From Ylistrum balloti (taxonomy: Eukaryota), in contig NW_026782078.1 in assembly GCF_031769215.1 (NCBI RefSeq), positions 744,001-808,000 of the forward strand: a stretch of 64,000 bases of DNA, written 5' to 3'. Each line of letters begins with the position of its first letter. Positions within the stretch are counted from its first letter, which is position 1. Of this stretch, positions 25,854 to 35,757 are shown in pieces. A model generated the notes under the pieces. That model was not told the DNA's origin, ran no database searches, and saw nothing but the letters and a program-made list of their open reading frames with translations. The translations under genes and the position numbers were made by a program.

Positions 25854-26570
25854 TCAGACTTGTAGGTATGTGGTTTGCTTACCATTCACAAATAGATGCC
25901 ATTGATTATGTTGTGTAAAGAAGTATCTCTGCGACAGCTGTAGGCCATCCTTTTTATCACGGGGAACAACCTGTGTGTAGGAAAATATGATATCGTCAGT
26001 TATATTTATATCTGAAACTATAAACTTGCTATGTTTGATATGTGTGATATGTTTAATCAGTACATAAAACTTCATAGTTTGTACACAGTACATCAATGAT
26101 TTATGCAGATTATTGTCAAAATTGACAATAGATCAGATTTGTTCATTACAAAATGTTCAAATGTTGATTCAAGGAAATAAAAGACTTTTATATGACTTGT
26201 GAGTAAACACAGTCCTAGATATGAAAAGATATGACAACATTACCCTTATCATCGTGAAGATCAATAATTGTTTGCTTCCAATACGCCTATATAGTATACA
26301 TTTCTTGGTAAAGTATACACGAATACATTCACGAACAAAATATCATAGCAAGAGCTTACATTGAAAAGGCTTAATTGAATCTAAAGTTTTAATGTAAATT
26401 GAAAATTAAGAAGAAGTAAATACGCACACGTTAACAGATTGTGCCTCGTGATAAGACAGTATACAGTATCAGTTATCAACAAAAGATATCATTGATTTTG
26501 GTCTTTCTATCATAACTCTGTGCTTCCTGTGTCATCTGGTGAGACTTAAACTCTTGTGGAGAAGACAGCC

Positions 26571-29500
26571 ATGATTCCCAGATACAGTCTGATAATACTT
26601 ATTTTAGTTCTCTTTGCTGTAGCAGATAATGCTTCTGGGAAGTCGCTCGTTGTCAAACAAAGTACGAACGACAACGATAGCGACAACGATAACGACAACG
26701 ATAGCGACAACGATAGCGACAACAACAATGATGACGACAGTAAATTTATTAACATCATAAAGGGTGAGTTTTATAAAGTAAGATTTAAACGATAGCAAGG
26801 ATTTAAACTTCATGTCGTTTATCTCCATTATCAGTTCTATTATATGACGAAATCATTCATTTCCTGAATTTTTTCTTATGATAAATCATTGTATGATTTC
26901 GTTCACCTTTCTTCATTTGTCAGGGTTATTCTCTATTACATTTCCTCCTGTGTTAGGGTTATTCTCTATTACATTTCCTCCTGTGTTAGGGTTATTCTCT
27001 ATTACATTTCCTCCTGTGTCAGGGTTATTCTCTATTACATTTCCTCCTGTGTTAGGGTTATTCTCTATTACATTTCCTCCTGTGTCAGGGTTATTCTCTA
27101 TTACATTTCCTCCTGTGTCAGGGTTATTCTCTATTACATTTCCTCCTGTGTTAGGGTTATTCCCTATTACATTTCGTCCTGTGTCAGGGTTATTCTCTAT
27201 TACATTTCCTCCTGTGTCAGGGTTATTCTCTATTACATTTCCTCCTGTGTCAGGGTTATTCTCAATTACATTTCCTCCTGTGTCAGGGTTATTCTCTATT
27301 ACATTTCCTCCTGTGTCAGGGTTATTCTCTATTACATTTCCTCCTGTGTCAGGGTTATTCTCTATTACATTTCCTCCTGTGTCAGGGTTATTCTCTATTA
27401 CATTTCCTCCTGTGTCAGGGTTATTCTCTATTACATTTCCTCCTGTGTCAGGGTTATTCTCTATTACATTTCCTCCTGTGTCAGGGTTATTCTCTATTAC
27501 ATTTCCTCCTGTGTCAGGGTTATTCTCTATTACATTTCGTCCTGTGTCAGGGTTATTCTCTATTACATTTCGTCCTGTGTCAGGGTTATTCTCTATTACA
27601 TTTCCTCCTGTGTCAGGGTTATTCTCTATTACATTTCCTCCTGTGTCAGGGTTATTCTCTATTACATTTCGTCCTGTGTTACAGTCCTGTGTCAGGGTTA
27701 GGTTATTCTCTATTACATTTCCTCCTGTGTCAGGGTTATTCTCTATTACATTTCCTCCTGTGTCAGGGTTATTCTCTATTACATTTCCTCCTGTGTCAGA
27801 GTTATTCTCTATTATATTTCCTCCTGTGTCAGGGTTATTCTCTATTACATTTCCTCCAGTGTCAGGGTTATTCTCTATTATATTTCCTCCTGTAGGGTTA
27901 TTCTCTATTACATTTCCTCCTGTGTCAGGGTTATTCTCTATTACATTTCCTCCTGTGTCAGGGTTATTCTCTATTACATTTCCTCCTGTGTCAGGGTTAT
28001 TCTCTATTACATTTCGTCCTGTGTCAGGGTTATCCTCTATTACATTTCGTCCTGTGTTAAGGTTATTCTCTATTACATTTCCTCCTGTGTCAGGGTTATT
28101 CTCTATTACATTTCCTCCTGTGTCAGGGTTATTCTCTATTACATTTCCTCCTGTGTCAGGGTTATTCTCTATTACATTTCCTCCTGTGTCAGGGTTATTC
28201 TCTATTACATTTCCTCCTGTGTCAGGGTTATTCTCTATTAGATTTCCTCCTGTGTCAGGGTTATTCTCTATTACATTTCCTCCTGTGTCAGGGTTATTCT
28301 CTATTACATTTCCTCCTGTGTCAGGGTTATTCTCTATTACATTTCCTCCTGTGTCAGGGTTATTCTCTATTACATTTCCTCCTGTGTCAGGGTTATTCTC
28401 TATTACATTTCCTCCTGTGTCAGGGTTATTCTCTATTACATTTCCTCCTGTGTCAGGGTTATTCTCTATTATATTTCGTCGTGTCAGGGTTATTCTCTAT
28501 TACATTTCCTCCTGTGTCAGGGTTATTCTCTATTACATTTCCTCCTGTGTCAGGGTTATTCTCTATTACATTTCCTCCTGTGTCAGGGTTATCCTCTATT
28601 ACATTTCGTCCTGTGTTAAGGTTATTCTCTATTACATTTCCTCCTATGTCAGGGCTATTTTCTATTACATTTCCTCCTGTGTCAGGGTTATTCGTTATGA
28701 CGGCAGAAAACCTTTATGACAGAAAAGGTTACATAATTCTCACCATTAAGCAAAGAGGTTTTGCTTTTCAGATAGTTTTATATTGAAAATCTTTTACAAC
28801 TTGATAGACCCACTCTAACATAAATATGTACAACTTTCACTCTATAGAACATCCGGTGTGGTACTAGTTGCTGTACCATTACAGTGAAACAAGAGGACAA
28901 TGAAGGACAGCGTCTTTGTGTTGTAGCAATTAATTCCTATAAATAAATCAACGCTAAAAGAATCAGTAAAGAAAATACCGGCATGTCTACAAAAAGTTAA
29001 ACACAAAATGCTGGCATGTCTAAAGAAAGTCAAACTCAAAATACCGGCATATCTACACAAAAACAAACTCAAAATACCGGCATGTCTACAGAAAGTCAAA
29101 CTCAAAATACCGGCATGTCTACAGAAAGTCAAACTCAAAATACCGGCATGTCTACAGAAAGTCAAACTCAAAATACCGGCATGTCTACAGAAAGTCAAAC
29201 TCAAAATACCGACATTTCTACAGAAAGTCAAACTCAAAATACCGACATGTCTACAGAAAGTCAAACTCAAAATACCGGCATGTCCACAGAAAGTCAAATT
29301 CAAAATACCGGCATGTCTACACAAAAACAAACTCAAAATACCGGCATGTCTACAGAAAGTCAAACTCAATTTCAATAAAACTAGGACAAAACCGGACTCA
29401 TGAAAAAGTACAAGGAAATAAGACCAAGTGTTTCTCAATGTAAATCTTGGTCAATTCCAGTAAGTAATGTCGCGTTCCCAAATGAGGACAATGGTAACAA

Positions 29501-32500
29501 CAAGGAAATCATCAAGCAACATCATCGAACACGCCCAACTCTATACCGCAAACATAAACAGAACATTTCTCAATGAGATCATTATGACGACAATAAAGCC
29601 TGTGTCGTGAATATGTCAGTTGCCGACACATAGCACGAATATCGTGATATCGGGAAAATAAATTGAAAACCGAATCAAATGTGACTTCAAATATCATAAG
29701 TTGTGATACACCCGCAATCCAACATTTTTATGACTTCTGTTGTAACCAATATCATTTAATAACATTACACAGGTCCAGTTGCCTTAAAGAATTAAAATAT
29801 ACTGTGCGTTATATCCTCTATATACACCAAATGATATTAAGGCGCCAACATTAAGTATCAATCTTTATATGCAAATAAGCTGACAACTAACATCAGCTCC
29901 TCACAAAATGTTTATGTCGACGAGCTAAGTGGTATAATTATAGAAAAGGCGGGAAAACATAATGTCATATTCATGTTGATCTGGCAGTTAAATGTCCCAT
30001 TCAATGTCTTCTCATACCGTCTTAAATTACGATGACGTCATCCTATTTCGTTGCAGAGGCCATGGAAGATATAAGCGCTGAGATTGACGAGTACATCGAC
30101 TTAGTACCGGAAACGGATAAAAAACAAAGTATTGAGGTACTAGTATACAGTATTAACGGGCGATTGTATAGTCTCGGATAAAAGAACACTATTAATTATT
30201 GATAAGGTTTATAGACAATTATAGCGGGGTCAGGGGTCAACAGGTTAATTGGAACAATCGATGGAAATGACAAAGATCAAGGGTGGTGAGATAGACCAGG
30301 AAAAAGCAATGGAAATGAAGGTCAGTGGTTAGAGAAACCTGGAACAAACAATACCGGTATGTTAGACAATAATGTAGGTCAGGGGTCAAATAGATCAGGA
30401 ACTAAAAATAGAGGTATGTCAGTCTAATAGACAATGATGTAGGTCAGGGGTCAGGTAGATTGGGGACAAACAATAGATGTATATAAGTGTTATAGACAAT
30501 GATAGGAGTCAGGGGTCAAATAGATCAGGAACTAAAAATAGAGATATATAAGTTTGATAGAAAATGATAGAGGTCAGGGGTCAAATAGATCTGAACAAAC
30601 AATAGATGCAAGTAAGTTTGATAGATCAGATGTAATGTATAGAGAAAACAAATCACTGCTGGAAATGTGGTCGACAAGCAATGGGAAAGGATACTTCTAG
30701 TGACAAGGATGAAGAATTAAGTATATACAAGAGGTATAGAGACTATAAAGTGTTGGAAAAAGAAACTACTTGCATCCGGAGTTGTTCAAAGATTGGCTAG
30801 ACTTAAACCATTGTCTGGGCTAGAATAAACCAGTAGTTATTGAAAAATCTTAACTGATGCCACTGAAAAAAAAACTTCCATAACAAAATTTACTTGAAAA
30901 TAGCAAATTGACATGTATCAACAGATCAACGGCTGTGCAAAAAAACTCCCAATATATCTCTTAATTTTTTAATACCTTATTGTTATTGTAATGACACTAT
31001 TTAACAATGCACTAAGCCGATGTTCTCTGGCATTTATTCCAAGGTGGAGACAAAAAATGGGTATGATGTTGAGACAAAGAAAACAGTCATCAACGGAAGT
31101 GTTGGTGATAAGGACGCAAAATTATACATAGAGCAGGCCAAAGTACTCGGCAAGGTAAAGTCTGACGTATTAAGCTTATCTCCGTGTAACTTTTGTCAAT
31201 ATAATTGTGTCATACTAGAAAAGTACATGAAACTCACAAGGGTTTTCGTGAAGGATTTGACAGAGTGGTATCCCCATATAGTGATTTAAATGGACAAAAT
31301 CTAATCATCCCGATATATTGATTAAAAAAATCCTGGTATACTAATTAATATATAAATTGAAATGGCGAAGATCTACTCATATCAGCAAACAAAACGTGGA
31401 ATAGGTGGCGAAGCCATTAGCCATTGTGTTGGCATAAACCAGTGGTAGTTATAGTCTCACTCAACATAGCAACAACTGTTGTAATGGGGACGTCTAGTAC
31501 TGTTGTAATGGGACGTCTGGTTCTGTTGTAATGGGGACGTCTAGTTCTGTTGTAATGGGGACGTCTAGTTCTGTTGTAATAGGACGTCAAGTTCTGTTGT
31601 AATGGGACGTCTAGTTCTCTTGTAATGGGACGTCTAGTTCTCTTGTAATGGGGACGTCTAGTTCTGTTATAATGGGTCGTCTAGTTCTGTTGTAATGTGA
31701 CATCTAGTTCTGTAGTAATGGGACGTCTAATTCTGTTGTTATGGGACGTCTAGTTCTGTTGTAATGGGACGTCTAGTTCTCTTGTAATGGGACGTCTAGT
31801 TCTCTTGTAATGGCGACGTCTAGTTCTGTTGTAATGTGACGTCTAGTTCTGTTGTAATGTGATGTCTAGTTCTATTGTAATGTGACGTCTAGTTCTGTTG
31901 TAATGGGACGTCTGGTTCTGTTGTAATGGGGACGTCTAGTTCTGTTGTAATGGGGACGTCTAGTTCTGTTGTAATGTGATGTCTAGTTCTGTTGTGATGG
32001 GACATCATGTTCTGTTGTAATTGGGACGTCTAGTTCTGTTGTAATGTGACGTCTAGTTCTGTTGTGATGGGACGTCTAGTTCTGTTGTAATGGGACGTCT
32101 AGTTCTGTTGTAATAGGACGTCTAGTTCTGTTGTGATGTGACGTCTAGTTCTGTTGTAATGGGACGTCTAGTTCTGTTGTAATGTGACGTCTAGTTCTGT
32201 TGTGATGGGACGTCTAGTTCTGTTGTAATATGGACGTCTAGTTCTGTTGTAATAGGACGTCTAGTTCTGTTGTAATGTGATGTCTAGTTCTGTTGTAATG
32301 GGGACGTCTAGTTCTGTTGTAATGTGATGTCTAGTTCTGTTGTAATGGGACGTCTAGTTCTGTTGTAATGTGATGTCTAGTTCTGTTGTAATGTGACGTC
32401 TAGTTCTGTTGTAATATGGACGTCTAGTTCTGTTGTAATGTGACGTCTAGTTCTGTTGTAATGTGATGTCTAGTTCTGTTGTAATGTGACGTCTAGTTCT

Positions 32501-34175
32501 GTTGTAATGTGGACGTCTAGTTCTGTTGTAATGTGGACGTCTAGTACTGTTGTAATGGGACATCTAGTTTTGTTGTAATGGGGACGTCTAGTTCTGTTGT
32601 AATAGGACGTCTAGTTCTGTTGTAATGTGACATCTAGTTCTGTAGTAATGGGAAGTCTAGTTCTGCTGTTATGGGACGTCTAGTTCTGTTGTAATGGGAC
32701 GTCTAGTTCTCTTGTAATGTGACGTCTAGTTCTGTTGTAATGGGACGTCTAGTTCTGTTGAAATATGGACGTCTAGTTCTGTTGTAATGTGATGCCTAGT
32801 CCTGTTGTAATGTGACGTCTAGTTCTGTTGTAATGTGACGTCATATTCTGTTGTAATGGGACGTCTAATTCTGTTGTAATGGGACATCATGTTCTGTTGT
32901 AATTGGGACGTCTAGTACTGTTGTAATGAGGACGTCTAGTTCTGTTGTAATGGGACGTCTAGTTCTGTTGTAATGGGACGTCTAGTACTGTTGTAATGGG
33001 ACGTCATATTCTGTTGTAATAGGACGTCTAATTCTGTTGTAATGGGACATCATGTTCTGTTGTAATGGGGACGTCTAGTTCTGTTGTAGTGTGACGTCTA
33101 GTTCTGTTGTAATATGGACGTCTAGTACTGTTGTAATGGGACGTCTGTTCTGTTGTAATGGGGACGTCTAGTTCTGTTGTAATGGGGACGTCTAGTTCTG
33201 TTGTAATAGGACGTCTAGTTCTGTTGTAATGTGACATCTAGTTCTGTAGTAATGGGAAGTCTAGTTCTGTTGTTATGGGACGTCTAGTTCTGTTGTAATG
33301 GGACGTCTAGTTCTCTTGTAATGTGACGTCTAGTTCTGTTGTAATGGGACGTCTAGTTCTGTTGAAATATGGACGTCTAGTTCTGTTGTAATGTGACGTC
33401 TAGTCCTGTTGTAATGTGACGTCTAGTTCTGTTGTAATGTGACGTCATATTCTGTTGTAATGTGACGTCTAATTCTGTTGTAATGGGACATCATGTTCTG
33501 TTGTAATTGGGACGTCTAGTACTGTTGTAATGAGGACGTCTAGTTCTGTTGTAATGGGACGTCTAGTTCTGTTGTAATGGGACGTCTAGTACTGTTGTAA
33601 TGGGGACGTCTAGTTTTGTTGTAATGGGGACGTCTAGTTCTGTTGTATTGGGACGTCTAGTTCTATTGTAGTGGGACGTCAAGCAATGTTATAATGGGAC
33701 GTCTAGTTCTGTTGTAATGTGACGTCAAGTTTTGTTGTAATGGGGACGTCTAGTTCTGTTGTATTGGGACGTCTAGTTCTATTGTAGTGGGACGTCAAGC
33801 AATGTTATAATGGGACGTCTAGTTCTGTTGTAATGTGACGTCAAGTTTTGTTGTAATGGGGACGTCTAGTTCTGTTGTATTGGGACGTCTAGTTCTATTG
33901 TAGTGGGACGTCAAGCAATGTTATAATGGGACGTCTAGTTCTGTTGTAATGGGACGTCTAGTACTGTTGTAATGAGGACGTCTTGTTCTGTATTTCGGAT
34001 TAAATTCAGAATGACAGTTCTTAATTTGTTTTGATGATATGGTAATTGTGTTATATAGCTTAAAGTCTTCCTTTTCATTTTCACATCTAAGATAATGTTA
34101 TTTGTATGACGTTTTGACTAGAATACGGAGGGAGAACAAAAAAAAGCTGGCGAATCGTCGGAGGATGTCGATTAG
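26571..34175 (+). CDS. Cluster gene 4: secreted Asp/Asn-rich protein, ~145 aa, 4 exons (26571-26763, 30057-30136, 31044-31154, 34122-34175); last exon possibly frameshifted
   Basis: Signal-like MIPRYSLIILILVLFAVADNASG and a (ND/SD)n tract, then ...KFINIIK|E-AMEDISAEIDEYIDLVPETDKKQSIE|VETKNG...VLGK|NTEGEQKKAGESSEDVD*. Phases 1,0,0; total 438 nt. Exon 2 aligns without gaps to exon 2 of genes 5 and 6. Confidence 0.65.
26919..28695. repeat. 33-bp minisatellite, ~54 copies, in gene 4 intron 1
   Basis: Unit cagggttattctctattacatttcctcctgtgt. Confidence 0.95.
28975..29370. repeat. 33-bp minisatellite, ~12 copies
   Basis: Unit aaataccggcatgtctacagaaagtcaaactca. Confidence 0.92.
29380..29700 (-). 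mobile_element. Degenerate PLE 3' fragment
   Basis: Similar to 17390-17560 (aagtaatgtcgcgttcccaaatgaggac...atttctcaatgagatcattatgacgac). Translates to SRYHD...YCRHNDLIEKCSV. Confidence 0.5.
30215..30620. repeat. Degenerate purine-rich ~65-70 bp tandem repeat
   Basis: Recurring aggtcaggggtcaaatagatcaggaactaaaaatagag...tagacaatga. Confidence 0.7.
31476..33990. repeat. 23/24-bp minisatellite, ~105 copies, with an internal ~600-bp block duplication
   Basis: Unit gggacgtctagttctgttgtaat. The rare variant ggaagtctag occurs at ~32650 and ~33255 in the same context. Confidence 0.95.
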
Positions 34176-34589
34176 GGGCTCAGGGAAATACCGATGATGA
34201 GGGATATCACCAAGATCATACAGAGGATTTTCATGATAAATTGATTGTTTCATATTAGAACCAAAATATCAAACACTGACGCATATATGTTGATAATCAT
34301 TTCCAAATAATTGTCACATATATGGTCCTATTCAAATGTAGGGTAAACATAATTCTAGCTTGTATAATGCTATGTTGAAATATTGAGCACTTGAAATAAA
34401 AACAATCGTCGCAATGCTTACGTTGAAGTTTACTTTTGCTTTTCAAGGATTTCCTACATAGTATAAAATAATTTTGTCTTGAAATTGGCTTAAACCTGAA
34501 ACTGTGAAATTTCACACTGATATAATCTCCATTGTGGCCAGTCTGAAAACGTTGAACTGAATACTGTTCAGACAAAGCAGGACCTAAAC

Positions 34590-35475
34590 TATAGACCAGA
34601 CCAGAGTGTAGCGATATAGAGCCCAGACAGGAGTGTAGCGATATAGAGCCCAGACAGGAGTGTGGTGATATACAACACAGACCAGAGTGTAGTGATATAG
34701 AGCCCAGACAGGAGTGTGGTGATATAGAACACAGACCAGAGTGTAGTGATATAGAGCCCAGACCGGGTTGTAGTGATATAGAACACAGACCAGAGTGTAG
34801 TGATATAGAGCCCAGACCAGAGTGTAGTGATATAGAGCCCAGACCAGAGTGTAGTGATATAGAGCCCAGACTGGGTTGTAGTGATATAGAGCCCAGACCG
34901 GGGTGTAGTGATATAGAGCCCAGACCAGAGTGTAGTGATATAGAGCCCAGACCGGGTTGTAGTGATATAGAGCCCAGACCGGGGTGTAGTGATATAGAGC
35001 CCAGACCAGAGTGTAGTGATATAGAGCCCAGACCAGAGTGTAGTGATATAGAGCCCAGACCAGAGTGTAGTGATATAGAGCCCAGACCAGAGTGTAGTGA
35101 TATAGAGCCCAGACTGGGGTGTAGTGATATAGAGCCCAGACTGGGGTGTAGTGATATAGAGCCCAGACCAGAGTGTAGTGATATAGAGCCCAGACCAGAG
35201 TGTATTGATATAGAGCCCAGACCAGAGTGTAGTGATACAGAGCCCAGACCGGGGTGTAGTGATATAGAGCCCAGACCAGAGTGTAGTGATATAGAGCCCA
35301 GATCAGAGTGTAGTGATATAGAGCCCAGACCAGAGTGTATTGATATAGAGCCCAGACCAGAGTGTAGTGATACAGAGCCCAGACCGGGGTGTAGTGATAT
35401 AGAGCCCAGACCGGGGTGTAGTGATACAGAGCCCAGACCGGGGTGTAGTGATACAGAGCCCAGACCAGAGTGTAA
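34590..35475. repeat. 27-bp minisatellite, ~32 copies
   Basis: Unit gtgtagtgatatagagcccagaccaga. Confidence 0.95.
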
Positions 35476-35757
35476 TGAGGAAGATTTTAAGAATTGTCAG
35501 CAGTTTTCCTGACTGAGGAGGTATTAGTGCCCGCTTTGAGTAAGTATGAGTAAGTACTTGTTTGTCGACAAAGAGATTATATCATTGGCTTTCATGATTG
35601 CTACAGCTGGCATGACCGTAAATGTACCAGCATAACACAAACAGTTACAAACACGTGATCTGAGGTGTTTACAACCTGTTGTACGATCCCGAGATAAGTC
35701 TCATACAAATACTGTCCTCTGTTGGGTTTACTTTCCATTTTATGATCCTATTAACAC

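Noticed and set aside
26878-28719. 613-aa ORF (and overlapping 270-aa ORF) as a stand-alone gene
   Set aside because: It is simply a stop-free frame of the 33-bp tandem array. Several frames are open and there is no unique domain.
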